A DNA stretch of 64,000 nucleotides from an uncultured bacterium (GCA_963729625.1 CAVSOU010000010.1:768001-832000); one strand, 5' to 3'. Counted from the first letter of the stretch, positions 8,758 through 18,732 are shown. Numbers and translations: made by a program. The notes: generated from the letters alone by a model not told the origin.

Positions 8758-9894
8758 ATGGAACATACTTCCGCAGCGGAACGCGTCGCGACGAAGCGTC
8801 TGCAACAAGGTCACACGAAGAAGAAGCTTGGCGCCTTCGAACGCTACTTGACTGTGTGGGTGGCTCTCTGCATGGTCGCCGGCGTGCTCCTGGGCAAGGC
8901 CCTCCCCGGTATCGTCGACAACGTGCGAGGCATGGAGTTTGGCGGTGGCAGCCAGATCAGCGTGCCGATTGCCGTCCTGATCTGGCTGATGATCGTCCCC
9001 ATGATGATGCGCGTGGACTTCGCGGCCATTCGTGAGGTTGGGAAGCGGCCGCGCGGACTCTTCGTCACCCTCTTCGTCAACTGGCTGATCAAGCCGTTCT
9101 CCATGGCCCTGCTGGCCTGGCTGTTCTTCCGCTTCATCTTCTCAGCCTGGATCTCCACAGCCGATGCCGACCAGTACATCGCGGGTACCATCATCCTGGC
9201 CGCCGCGCCCTGCACTGCCATGGTCTTCGTCTGGAGCTACCTGACGGACGGCGACCCGGCCTATACACTGGTGCAGGTCTCCGTGAACGATCTGATCATG
9301 CTGGTGCTCTTCGCCCCCATCGTGCGCTTCCTGGTGAGTGGCGCCTCCAACCTGGCGGTGCCCTTCAACGTGCTGCTCTACGCGGTGGCCATCTACATCG
9401 TGATCCCGCTCACCGCCGGCGTGCTCTTGCGCCGCTGGTTCGTGGGCCGGCACGGCAAAGCTTGGTTCGAACAGCAGCTCCTGCCGCGCTTCGCACCGGT
9501 GACCATGGCCGCGCTGCTGGCGACCCTCGTACTGATCTTTGGCTTCCAAGCCGACAACATCACCGGCAAGTTTCAGGACGTGGTGCTGATCGCCATCCCT
9601 CTGGTGATTCAGGTCTACTTCAATTCGTCGCTCACCTACGGGCTGATGCGCGTGTTCAAGGTCGAGTATGCTGTGGCGGCACCCGGCGCCCTGATCGGAG
9701 CCAGCAACTTCTTCGAGCTGGCGGTGGCCACGGCGATCGCTCTCTACGGTCCGGGCTCCGGAGCCGCCCTGGCCACGGTCGTCGGCGTGCTCGTGGAGGT
9801 TCCGGTCATGCTATCGGTCTGCTCGGTCTGCAATCGCACACAGGGCTGGTTCCCGGCCCCGGCGCACGCTCGCTTCGGAAAGGAGGTTTCATAG
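8758..9894 (+). CDS. acr3: ACR3-family arsenite efflux transporter
   Basis: FERYLTVWV, NWLIKPF, AAAPCTAMVFVW, GASNFFELAVA, GVLVEVPVM. Confidence 0.95.
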   Translation: MEHTSAAERVATKRLQQGHTKKKLGAFERYLTVWVALCMVAGVLLGKALPGIVDNVRGMEFGGGSQISVPIAVLIWLMIVPMMMRVDFAAIREVGKRPRGLFVTLFVNWLIKPFSMALLAWLFFRFIFSAWISTADADQYIAGTIILAAAPCTAMVFVWSYLTDGDPAYTLVQVSVNDLIMLVLFAPIVRFLVSGASNLAVPFNVLLYAVAIYIVIPLTAGVLLRRWFVGRHGKAWFEQQLLPRFAPVTMAALLATLVLIFGFQADNITGKFQDVVLIAIPLVIQVYFNSSLTYGLMRVFKVEYAVAAPGALIGASNFFELAVATAIALYGPGSGAALATVVGVLVEVPVMLSVCSVCNRTQGWFPAPAHARFGKEVS

Positions 9895-9959
9895 GGCATA
9901 TCCGCACCTGGTTGTCGGGGTTGTCACGCACCGGTGACGTTGCAGCGAAGGAATTTCAG

Positions 9960-10087
9960 CCGTGTTTTGCTCACTTGCTCCCAGGCTCCGGCTGCCGGCA
10001 CTGATTGCAGGGCTGGGTGGCTTCGCTCGCGTCGCGCGCATGAACCCCAACGCGCCCTCGATCGTCAGCGCTGGCTTCAATCCCATC
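9960..10087 (+). pseudogene. Fragment resembling a pyrroline-5-carboxylate-reductase-like protein
   Basis: SLAPRLRLPALIAGLGGFARVARMNPNAPSIVSAGFNP resembles the ProC RxMPNxP region; no intact start or end. Confidence 0.4.
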
Positions 10088-10183
10088 GGTAGCGACGCCC
10101 AGGGCGAGCGTGTACAGTCTGATCACCCACTGGACGTCGCTGGTCGACGCTACATGCTTCTCCTGCAAGGCCCGCAGCGCCAC
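10088..10183 (-). repeat. 96-bp diverged direct copy of part of the MFS gene (31571-31666)
   Basis: 11 mismatches in 96 nt by manual alignment; ALRALQEKHVASTSDVQWVIRLYTLALGVAT against ALRALQEKFVASTSDVQWVISLYTLALGVAT. Confidence 0.9.
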
Positions 10184-10323
10184 GAGTTCCTGCGATGCGC
10201 AGCTCATGGTGGTAGCAACCTACCTGCGAGGTGTGAGGCCTTGCTAGCCAGACCACTCACGTGGGCACGAGGATGGCCAGGCGGGCGGCAGCGGGTCAGC
10301 CGGCCGCCTGGTTACCGACTGCG

Positions 10324-10607
10324 CCCTACATGCCGTTCGACCTGGGGTCGTCGTCCAGCACGACCGCGCTGAGCTTCAGCGCGCCCGTGCCCTTGAATAG
10401 CCCAATGGCAACCACGGTGTAGTCATGGTCGGCCTTGAGCTGTACGCCACTCACCGTCAACACGGTGGTGGTGTCCGCACCGGCCGGATGAACCAGCACG
10501 GTATAGGTGCCGGTCGGTGCGCTGACCGGAGACATGGCGCGATTGGGGAAGGAGACGTCCTTGAAGATCAGCCCCGCCCCCTTGCCTCGATGTCCACGGC
10601 CGGCGCG
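10324..10607 (-). pseudogene. 3' remnant of a DUF4397-like gene; inverted copy of about 35552-35836
   Basis: Encodes KGAGLIFKDVSFPNRAM...DDDPRSNGM*, nearly matching the C-terminus of 35115-35834; 1-nt deletion; 5' part missing. Confidence 0.92.
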
Positions 10608-10618
10608 AGAAGAATTGC

Positions 10619-11680
10619 TCAGGCCCGTATCACCTCCATGTTGTCGTAGTCTTTCCAGCGGTAGATCGAGGTGGAAGTGATCCACGCCAAGGCGAAGATG
10701 GCGAGAATCACGAAGCCCATCTTGTTCAGGTCGATGTTGTTGGCGATGAACTTCCAGAATGGCCCGCCCAGGTCCATCTCCTGACCGATTACCTGCAGCG
10801 CCTCCAAGGCGCCGATCATCAGGGCCACGAGCACCGAGACCAGCGTGATGTTCAGGTTGTAGTAGAGCTTGCGGATTGGCTTGACGAAGGCCCAACCATA
10901 CGCGCCGAGCATCAAAATCGAATCGGTGGTATCGATCACCGTCATCCCGGCCAGGAACAGCAGGGGAAAGACCATGATAAAGAACACCGGTAGGTGCGTG
11001 GAGCCGCTGGTGGCCACGATGCCTAGCAGGCCAACCTCGGTTGCGGTGTCAAAGCCGAGCCCGAACAGCACCCCTACCGGGTACATCTTCCAGGAGGAGT
11101 CGACCTGACGGATGATGGGACGGAACAACCGCGCCAGCAGACCCCGACTTTGCAGATAGTCCTCTACCTTCTGCTCCTCATAGACGCCGCCCTGGGCCAC
11201 CTGCCGCCACATCTTGTAGATGTCGATCAGGACCAGGATGTTGATCGCGGCAATGAGGAGCAGGAACAGCGCCGAGACCGCGGTGCCAATCACCCCGATG
11301 TGGTTGGCAAGGTTGCCGCTGTTGACGTTGTCCCGTACCACCTTGAGCGAGAGAGCCAGCAGGAAGGAGATCACCAGCACGATGGTGGAATGGCCCAGGG
11401 AGAAGAAGACGCCCACCCCAACCGGTCGCTTGCCGTCCTGCATCAGCTTGCGCGTCACGTTGTCTATGGCGGCGATGTGGTCGGCGTCCACGGCATGGCG
11501 CAGGCCAAAGGTGTAGGCAGTGACGGCGGAGGCCAGAAAGAACGAGTATTGTGCCGAGGCCACGAAGGCAACCGCCCAGGCCGCCACATTCAGCAGCGCC
11601 AGGCCGCTGTAAAGCAACACGACCCGTCGCTTCGCGTCGGGCGGCAGGGCAGTAAAGACAGTGGCAAAGTTCTTGAGCAT
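10619..11680 (-). CDS. HoxN/HupN/NixA (NiCoT) nickel/cobalt transporter
   Basis: GLRHAVDADHIAAID, FSLGHSTIV, LFGLGFDTATE. Confidence 0.93.
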   Translation of the reverse strand: MLKNFATVFTALPPDAKRRVVLLYSGLALLNVAAWAVAFVASAQYSFFLASAVTAYTFGLRHAVDADHIAAIDNVTRKLMQDGKRPVGVGVFFSLGHSTIVLVISFLLALSLKVVRDNVNSGNLANHIGVIGTAVSALFLLLIAAINILVLIDIYKMWRQVAQGGVYEEQKVEDYLQSRGLLARLFRPIIRQVDSSWKMYPVGVLFGLGFDTATEVGLLGIVATSGSTHLPVFFIMVFPLLFLAGMTVIDTTDSILMLGAYGWAFVKPIRKLYYNLNITLVSVLVALMIGALEALQVIGQEMDLGGPFWKFIANNIDLNKMGFVILAIFALAWITSTSIYRWKDYDNMEVIRA

Positions 11681-11806
11681 GGATTCGATACCCTTCTGTT
11701 TCTTTGAAACGTCGCATGTGCCAAGCTATGCCTGGCTCGATGGGTGGCTGTTCCGACGTTGGCTCCACGAGTCCGCATGGTGCGTCCACCGTATCACCTT
11801 CTGGTT

Positions 11807-13150
11807 TCACCCGGTCGGTGTTTTCGCGCGCGTCCAGGACGTCCCGGCAGGTGTGTCCGCGATCACATAGCCCAGTCGCTCGAGCTGCTCGCGCACCCGA
11901 TCGGCCTCGGCCCACTGGCGACTGTCCCGGACAACGGCACGAGTCGAGACCAGCAGGTCCACCAGCAGCTGCGATTCCTGCCGCGCCTTCTCCGCGCCGT
12001 CTATGGCTTCAAGGAGCCGAACCAGGCCGGGGAGCGTTCCCTGCAGTGCCTGCACCGCCAGCTCAGCCCGGCCTGGCAGGGACTGCTCAAATCCGGAGCC
12101 GGCCAGCAAACTCAAAGCGATCAGGCCGTGCACGGCCTCGGGGATATCGCGCCTGGCAAAGGCTTGCTCCACGCGCACACGCGTGGCGAGAATATCGGCA
12201 TCCTGCGCGGCTTCGCCGTTCTCACGTGGCGGAACGACCATGGCCTGGTGGCTCACTGGGACTGCCTCTTCATCCGTGTGTGGGTGATGAAGAGCGAGAT
12301 GGTCACCGCGTGCGTAGACAGATTGGCGACCCGCAGTACGCAGAGTGACCCGGCCGGACCCAAGCACCTCGGCGTCCCGGTCAGGTCGAATGAACAGTGC
12401 GCTGTATTCGTCCAGGCCGAGGACGAGCGCGTCGGCGGGTAGCTGCTGCTCGAGCGTCTCGAAACGCGCTGCTCCCATGTAGCAGTAGCGCGTGTCGTGT
12501 TCGCCGCTCGCATTGTTCCAATGGGGCACCACAGCGAGCCGACGTTGGCCGGCAGCACCCAGCAGGTTCAACCCCTCAATCCACTCCGGGTCGTATCCGG
12601 CCTTGTAGATCTCATAGACGGGTATGGCCCAGGTCCCCACGCTGAGCGCGGCCGCGCTTGCGAACACCAGGAGCGCTCCCGCGCGCCAGCGTGCGACGAC
12701 CGCCTGCCAGACCGGGCTCTCGCGCAACACACGGATGGCGTAACTCGGGCTTCCTGGCCCGGCCAGAATGTAATTGGCCTGGCCGATCGCGCGCAGCGCA
12801 GCGCCCACGTCTTCGGCGCTTTCGCGACCGGAACGGTAGCGCGCAACTTCCAAGCTCAATCCGAAGTTGCGCCGAAAATACTCGACTGCCTTGTGGTCGA
12901 TGGCATCAATGTTAGACTCGAAGCCGGCCGGCGTATCGAGGAACACCGGCCGTACCGGGCTTTCGAGTCGTGCCATGAGCGCGCGGTGCGTCTCGGCCAT
13001 CGCATCGGCCAATTCACCGGACCCAATCAGGGCGATGGCACCGGAACCCTGCGTGAGTCGCGTGTCCGTGACGACCGGCAGGCGAGAGAGCTCGGGCGCG
13101 CCGTCACCAACCTCCGAAGCGCCCTCGAGATGCGGATGCTTGGTCACCAC
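11807..13150 (-). CDS. Peptidase S51/class I GATase-like domain fused to a CysRS anticodon-binding-like C-terminal domain
   Basis: LIGSGE, AGPGSPSY, FASAAA, VVPHWNN, LGLDE; C-terminus RAVVRDSRQWAEADRVREQLERLGYVIADTPAGTSW. Confidence 0.8.
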   Translation of the reverse strand: MVTKHPHLEGASEVGDGAPELSRLPVVTDTRLTQGSGAIALIGSGELADAMAETHRALMARLESPVRPVFLDTPAGFESNIDAIDHKAVEYFRRNFGLSLEVARYRSGRESAEDVGAALRAIGQANYILAGPGSPSYAIRVLRESPVWQAVVARWRAGALLVFASAAALSVGTWAIPVYEIYKAGYDPEWIEGLNLLGAAGQRRLAVVPHWNNASGEHDTRYCYMGAARFETLEQQLPADALVLGLDEYSALFIRPDRDAEVLGSGRVTLRTAGRQSVYARGDHLALHHPHTDEEAVPVSHQAMVVPPRENGEAAQDADILATRVRVEQAFARRDIPEAVHGLIALSLLAGSGFEQSLPGRAELAVQALQGTLPGLVRLLEAIDGAEKARQESQLLVDLLVSTRAVVRDSRQWAEADRVREQLERLGYVIADTPAGTSWTRAKTPTG

Positions 13151-13312
13151 TCACATATCCTTCTGAATCGTCAACCTAGCGCGATGCGAGCGCGGCCGTG
13201 TCATTGCCAGGCGATGGCACGGCTGCTCGCTGAAAGAGTACCTGCGCTGCTCGGCGCCACATCCGGAGGCGCCGTAGGCGGGCTGCCAGCGAAGCTAGCC
13301 CGGCTCAGGCTG

Positions 13313-15469
13313 CTAGGCCGCCTCACCTTCCGCCACGAGGTCATCTTCCTCAGACAGATCCGCGGCGCCACGCGACGGCTGCACCCGCAGGAGCCGCGCC
13401 GGAAGGGACGGCAGCCACCAGTTCCACTGCCCAAACAGCGAGACCAGGGCGGGAACCAGCAGCATCCGAACCACGGTGGCGTCGAGTAGGACACCGGCTG
13501 CCAGGCCGGTGGCGAAGATCTTGATCGTCGTTTCGGGGCCGGAGCCGAGGGCGGCGAAAGCCAGGAAAAGAATCAGGGCGGCGCTCGTTACCAGCCTGCC
13601 CGTAGTGCCTACACCCCGCACCACCGCTCCGTTGGTCCGGCCGGTGGCGTTGTACTCCTCCCGCACCCGGGCCAGGATGAACACCTCGTAGTCCATGGAG
13701 ATGCCGAAGAGGAAGGCGAAGACCATCAGGGGGACGAAGCTGGTGATCGATCCGGTGGCCTGAATACCCCAGATGGCCTGTGAGCCGAATCCATCCTGCC
13801 AGACCAGCACCAGGATGCCCCAGGAGGCCGCCACCGAAACCAGCACAAGCACGACGGCCTTCAGGGGCAGAAGGATCGAGCGGAAGGCACGTGCAAGCAG
13901 GACGAACGTGACGAGCACAATCAAGCCGATCATCAGAGGGAAGCTGCCGTAGACCGCGGAGATGAAGTCGGCGTTCTCCGCACCGGCACCGCCAATGCTC
14001 ACGCTGCTGGATTCAGCGCGCGCCACCTGGCGCATCCGATCCAGCGTGCTCCGTCCGGCGTTGGAGCTGCCGTCCGCGGTTGGCAGGGCCACAACGAGCG
14101 AGGTGCCGCCTTGGCGCCACGCCGGACCTCCCGGCGCCACGGCGCCGCGGACCCCTGATGTCTGGCCAACCCTGAGAGCCACCGTCTGTGGGTTGGCGTT
14201 CGCTACCAGGATCTCGAAAGGATTGAGAGCGCCAGGCCCGATGCCGGCCTGTTCCAGGGCGGACAGACCCTGATAGGCCTCGCCTGCCTTGGCCAGTGAA
14301 TTCGCTTTCGGGTCGCCGATGTTGAGCGAGAGGGCGGGAATGGCCAGCGCGGCCAGGACACCGATCGCCAGCCCCGCCGCCAGCCACCGGCGGCGCACCA
14401 CCAGTGTGCCCCAGGCCGTCCAGAAGCGGTTCGTGCGCGGTTTGCTGCGCCGCGGCCAGTCGATGCGCGGTCCTACCGTCTTCAATACAACCGGCAGCAG
14501 GGTGGTGGCCACCAGCACGCTGACGAGCGGGATCAGCATGCCGCCGTAGCCGACGCTGCGCAGGAAGGGCAAGGGCAGTACCACCAGAGCCAGCAGGCCG
14601 ACTGCCACCGTCGTGCCGCTGAAGATCACGGCCGTCCCGGCAGTCTCCATGGCCCGCTGGACTGCCGCCGTGTTGTCGAGCCCACCAGCGCGCTCTTCGC
14701 GCCACCGCATCACGATGAGCAGCGAGTAGTCTATGGCGATGCCCAGCCCGATCAGCGCGACGAGGAATTCGACGATGAAAGACACATCGGTGACTCTGGT
14801 CAGACCCCAGATGAGCAGGAAGGTGGAGGGAATGGCGACGATTGCCATGACGATGGGCACAAGGGCCAGGAACGAGCCGAAGACGACGGCCAGCACGATC
14901 AGCGCCCCGATACCGCCCAGCATCGCCTCCACAAGCACGCTTGGGCCGCCGCCACCGCCACCGCTTTCCAGCGCGCTCGTGCCGGTGACGGCGAAGTGCG
15001 CGCCGGCAACGGTGAAGCGCGACAGTATGTGGCGGACGGTAGGTAGCGTCGCATCGGGCGCGAAGCCGACCGGCTGCGGTCCGTAGATGAGGCCGAAGGT
15101 GGTGTGCCCATCGGCGGAGACAAACAGCCTGCTGCCGGTCGACGCGTAGGAAACCACACGCGTACGACGTAACGCGGCCTGCACGGCGTCGAAGGCGGCG
15201 CTCAGCTGAGCGCGCACGCCCGGGCTGTCGACTGTCACGGAGGACGGCAATGTGATGACCGGGACAAGCGGAGGGGTCTGGCCGCCATTGTCGTATGTCT
15301 GCAGGATGCGTTGGTTCGTCTGATACCCTGCCCCGCCGGGGACGGAGAACTGGTAGGATAGCGCGTTGTTGGCCGACTGCAACGACAGGATCGCGGCGAC
15401 CGCGACGAGCAGCCAGAATATGGCGACAAACCTGCTGTGCGTGAGCATCCAGCGTGTGAATATGGCCAC
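13313..15469 (-). CDS. MMPL-family (RND) transporter
   Basis: GLGIAIDYSLLIVMRWREE, FGISMDYEVFILARVREE, LLDATVVRMLLVP; GTG start after AAGGAG. Confidence 0.92.
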   Translation of the reverse strand: MAIFTRWMLTHSRFVAIFWLLVAVAAILSLQSANNALSYQFSVPGGAGYQTNQRILQTYDNGGQTPPLVPVITLPSSVTVDSPGVRAQLSAAFDAVQAALRRTRVVSYASTGSRLFVSADGHTTFGLIYGPQPVGFAPDATLPTVRHILSRFTVAGAHFAVTGTSALESGGGGGGPSVLVEAMLGGIGALIVLAVVFGSFLALVPIVMAIVAIPSTFLLIWGLTRVTDVSFIVEFLVALIGLGIAIDYSLLIVMRWREERAGGLDNTAAVQRAMETAGTAVIFSGTTVAVGLLALVVLPLPFLRSVGYGGMLIPLVSVLVATTLLPVVLKTVGPRIDWPRRSKPRTNRFWTAWGTLVVRRRWLAAGLAIGVLAALAIPALSLNIGDPKANSLAKAGEAYQGLSALEQAGIGPGALNPFEILVANANPQTVALRVGQTSGVRGAVAPGGPAWRQGGTSLVVALPTADGSSNAGRSTLDRMRQVARAESSSVSIGGAGAENADFISAVYGSFPLMIGLIVLVTFVLLARAFRSILLPLKAVVLVLVSVAASWGILVLVWQDGFGSQAIWGIQATGSITSFVPLMVFAFLFGISMDYEVFILARVREEYNATGRTNGAVVRGVGTTGRLVTSAALILFLAFAALGSGPETTIKIFATGLAAGVLLDATVVRMLLVPALVSLFGQWNWWLPSLPARLLRVQPSRGAADLSEEDDLVAEGEAA

Positions 15470-15593
15470 GTGAGCCCTTCTCCTTTGTGATCTGAGTCCG
15501 TAATTGGGCCGGCCTGACGCGCTTCGTGCCGCGTTGCCTTGTACGCGACGGTAGCAAGTGCCCGTGACGGCCGCCATCAACATTTCTAGGATC

Positions 15594-15622
15594 ATGATAG
15601 TTGACTAAGTTTTATTAGTCAA
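15594..15622 (-). promoter_or_regulatory. Sigma70-type promoter overlapped by a palindromic operator
   Basis: Minus strand TTGACT-17 nt-TATCAT; perfect-arm palindrome TTGACTAA-gtttta-TTAGTCAA at 15601-15622. Confidence 0.8.
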
Positions 15623-15766
15623 GCCTTCCAAGGTTCTAGAAGGTCGCAGCGTGCGCGTCCTATCCCGGTGTGACGGCCGCGGATGCTACAGGGCACGGAG
15701 AGCAGCCGCGTGCGCAGGAAGGAAGGGTTTCACCTGCCGGGCCGGCTTGGCCTTCGCGGCGCACCT

Positions 15767-17239
15767 TCAGTTGGGTCTGCGAGGGGGCGAGGCAGTGCGA
15801 GATGTCGATGCCACAGTGCGGGCCGCGACGAACATGGCCATGGCGCGCCGGCGTCGCTCGCCGTGATCGACTATTGGCGCCGGATACGTCTTGCCAAGGA
15901 CGAAGCCGAGACGCGCGGACTCGGCCGAGGGGAGCGTCCAGGGCGAGTGCACGTGCTCGTCCGGCAGGGCAGCCAGCTCGGGCACGTAGCGGCGCACGTA
16001 GGCGCCGCCCGGATCGTAGCGCCGTCCCTGCGTCACCGGGTTGAAGACGCGGAAGTACGGCTGCGCGTCCATGCCCACCGACGCGCTCCACTGCCAGCCT
16101 CCCACGTTGGCGGGCTTGTCGGCATCGATCAGATGTTGCCAGAAGTACGCTTCTCCCCAACGCCAATCGATCAGCAGATCTTTGCACAGGAAGCTTGCCG
16201 TGATCATGCGCACACGGTTGTGCATCCAGCCCTCGGCGTTGAGCTGGCGCATTCCCGCATCGACGATCGGATAGCCGGTCAGGCCGTGACACCAGGCAGC
16301 AAAGAGATCGCCGGAGTTCTCGTAGGGCATCGCGTCGTAGCGCCTCTCGAATGCCTGAGCAATCACCTCCGGAAAGTGGTACATCCAGGCGAAGTAGAAT
16401 TCGCGCCAGGCCAGCTCGCTCTCCCAGGCATCGGGTCCCTTCTGACGATCCTCCGGGGCGTCGTGCCGTGCGCGCTCCGCGGCGGCGAATGCCGCGCGTG
16501 GCGAGATTGTGCCGAAGCGCAGGTGAGCTGAGAGATGGCTGGTGCCGAGCTGAGCCGGCAGGTTGCGTGCCGTGGCGTAGGCGTGGATGGGAGCGTGCGG
16601 GGCACAGGTGAACTGTTCAAGCTGGCGCAATCCCTCGTCCTCGCCACCATGCTGGGTGCCGGCCGCGCGTGTCCAACCCAGCTCTTCCGCCGTCGGGATC
16701 GCATGGCCCTGGAGCGCGGGCGTAGAGAGCGGTCGTTCCAACGCGGCAAACGGCAACGCATGGGGCCGTGCCGACCAGGCCCGCCGGTAGGGCGTGTAGA
16801 CCCGGTAGGGCTGCCGGTCCTGCGTAAGCAGCTCATCGGGCTCCACGAGCACGAGATCCTTGAAATCGCGGTACAGGAAGCCGGCCGCCTCCACTGCACG
16901 GCGCACGCGCGCGTCGCGCCGCATACCGGGAGCAACGTAGTCGCGGTTGACGTAGACGCCTTCGGCGCCGCTCTCCCGCAGCGTGGCCAGGAGAACCTGT
17001 GCTGGGTCACCGCGACGTACCAGCAGATAACTGCCGTGGTGGCGCAGATTGGTATCGAGCACGCGCAGGCTGTCCAGCAGGAAGGTGATGCGTGGGCCGT
17101 TAGCGTGGGGCGCGGTGATCAGTGAGGGGTCGAGGATGAACAGCGGAATCACCCGCGCCGCATCACGCACCGCGTGGTACAGCGCCGCATGATCGCGCGT
17201 GCGGAGGTCGCGCCGGAACCAGCAGACGAGGGTGCGCAT
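15767..17239 (-). CDS. phrB: Deoxyribodipyrimidine photolyase
   Basis: WFRRDLR..DH, TSHLSAHLRFGTIS, ELAWREFY, TGYPIVDAGMRQL, WMHNRVRM, NVGGWQW. Confidence 0.95.
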   Translation of the reverse strand: MRTLVCWFRRDLRTRDHAALYHAVRDAARVIPLFILDPSLITAPHANGPRITFLLDSLRVLDTNLRHHGSYLLVRRGDPAQVLLATLRESGAEGVYVNRDYVAPGMRRDARVRRAVEAAGFLYRDFKDLVLVEPDELLTQDRQPYRVYTPYRRAWSARPHALPFAALERPLSTPALQGHAIPTAEELGWTRAAGTQHGGEDEGLRQLEQFTCAPHAPIHAYATARNLPAQLGTSHLSAHLRFGTISPRAAFAAAERARHDAPEDRQKGPDAWESELAWREFYFAWMYHFPEVIAQAFERRYDAMPYENSGDLFAAWCHGLTGYPIVDAGMRQLNAEGWMHNRVRMITASFLCKDLLIDWRWGEAYFWQHLIDADKPANVGGWQWSASVGMDAQPYFRVFNPVTQGRRYDPGGAYVRRYVPELAALPDEHVHSPWTLPSAESARLGFVLGKTYPAPIVDHGERRRRAMAMFVAARTVASTSRTASPPRRPN

Positions 17240-17244
17240 CGGCC

Positions 17245-18732
17245 CTATGGCTGTCCGAGTTCCAGGCGGATGCGCTGTGCTACGAGTCGAGCACCAATGA
17301 TCACCATCGGTACGCCGCCGCCCGGCACCGTTCCGGCACCCACGAAGTACAGGCGATCCAGGGCCCTGGCCTTGTTGTGGGGCCGCATGTAGCCGACCTG
17401 GAAGAAGTCATGCGCCAGGCCGAACGTGGCGCCGTGGCGCAGGTGATACGATTCGGCCCAGTCGGCCGGCGTGACCATCTTTTCCACCACGATGTGCTGC
17501 CGTATGTCCGGCGCCGCCAGCGACTCGACCTTGTCGAGCACCAGCTCCCGGTAGCGCGGCCCCTCAGTAGCCCAGTCCATGCCCTCGTAGATGCGCGGCA
17601 CGGGCACGAGGACATAGACACAGTCCGCACCAGCGGGCGCCATGGCCGGATCCGTGCGGGTGACGCAGTGCACGTAGAACGAAGGGTCCGAAGGCAGGCG
17701 ATGCTGTTTGAAGATTTCGACGAAGTTCCTGTCGCTGTCTTGGGCGAGGAACACATTGTGGTGGAACAGGTCGTCATAGACCTTGTCGACGCCGAGGTAG
17801 AGCATGAAAGCCGAACATCCGTAGCGCAGGCGATCCAGCCGCCCGCCCGCGTACGGCGCGCGGAACTGAGGTGGCAGCAGAGATCGGTAACTGTAGGGGA
17901 GGTCCGCGTTGCACACGACGACGTCTGCTGCCATCTCGGTGCCGTTCGTCAAGCGCACTCCGGCGGCGCGGCCATTTCGGACGATGATCTCCTCGGCCTC
18001 ACACGCAAGGCGGACTTCTCCGCCCAATTCCGTGAGAACCCGTACGAGCGCGCGCGGAATGCTGTACATACCGCCCATGGGGTACCAGATGCCGTCGTGG
18101 ATCTCGGTATAGGGCAGTAACGAGTAGATCGCCGGCGCGTCGGCCGGAGCCAGGCCAAGATACATAGTCTGGAAGGTGAAGGCGACACGTAGCCGCGGGT
18201 CCTTGAAGTACCGGGCGGCGAACTTGGCGAGCGACGTCAAGGCGTTGAGACGCAGCACATAGTAGAGGTTCAAAGGCGTGAAGAATTCCGCCCAACTGCG
18301 AAAGTTGCGATCGGTGAAGCGCTGCCGCGACACACGGTACTTGTATTCGGCGTCGGCGAGAAAGCGCCGATATTGGTCGCCTGCTCCTGGCTCGATGGCC
18401 TCGAGCTGGCGGCAGAGGGCCGCCTCATCACTCGACAGATCCAGGTGCGTGCCGTCGCCAAAGCGGATCCGGTAGTTGAAGGGCAGCCGGACCAGCTCCA
18501 GGTACTCGCGGATGTCCCTGCCGACCGACCTGAACAGCTCGCGCAATGTGTCCACCATCAGAAGAATCGAGGGACCTGTATCGAAGGTGAAGCCGGCCTC
18601 CGCGTAGGTGTTGCAGCGTCCGCCTGGTGCTGCATTCTTCTCCAGCACGGTGACGTCGTAACCCTGGTGCTGCAGTCGAACCGACGTTGCCAGGCCCCCG
18701 ATCCCAGCGCCAATCACAATCGCGCGTTTCAT
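17245..18732 (-). CDS. crtI: Phytoene desaturase
   Basis: IGAGIGG, GFTFDTGPS, WYPMGGM, YFVGAGTVPGGGVPMV. Confidence 0.92.
   Translation of the reverse strand: MKRAIVIGAGIGGLATSVRLQHQGYDVTVLEKNAAPGGRCNTYAEAGFTFDTGPSILLMVDTLRELFRSVGRDIREYLELVRLPFNYRIRFGDGTHLDLSSDEAALCRQLEAIEPGAGDQYRRFLADAEYKYRVSRQRFTDRNFRSWAEFFTPLNLYYVLRLNALTSLAKFAARYFKDPRLRVAFTFQTMYLGLAPADAPAIYSLLPYTEIHDGIWYPMGGMYSIPRALVRVLTELGGEVRLACEAEEIIVRNGRAAGVRLTNGTEMAADVVVCNADLPYSYRSLLPPQFRAPYAGGRLDRLRYGCSAFMLYLGVDKVYDDLFHHNVFLAQDSDRNFVEIFKQHRLPSDPSFYVHCVTRTDPAMAPAGADCVYVLVPVPRIYEGMDWATEGPRYRELVLDKVESLAAPDIRQHIVVEKMVTPADWAESYHLRHGATFGLAHDFFQVGYMRPHNKARALDRLYFVGAGTVPGGGVPMVIIGARLVAQRIRLELGQP

Noticed and set aside
10088-10607. Diversity-generating retroelement template/variable repeat pairs
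   Set aside because: Mismatches are not adenine-specific, many are at third codon positions, and no reverse transcriptase is present.
11681-11806. Cobalamin or NiCo riboswitch before NiCoT
   Set aside because: Only an AGCCAGG-like word is present; no B12-box core and little space.
11807-13150. Calling this gene cysS
   Set aside because: No HIGH/KMSKS catalytic domain; only the C-terminal domain resembles CysRS.
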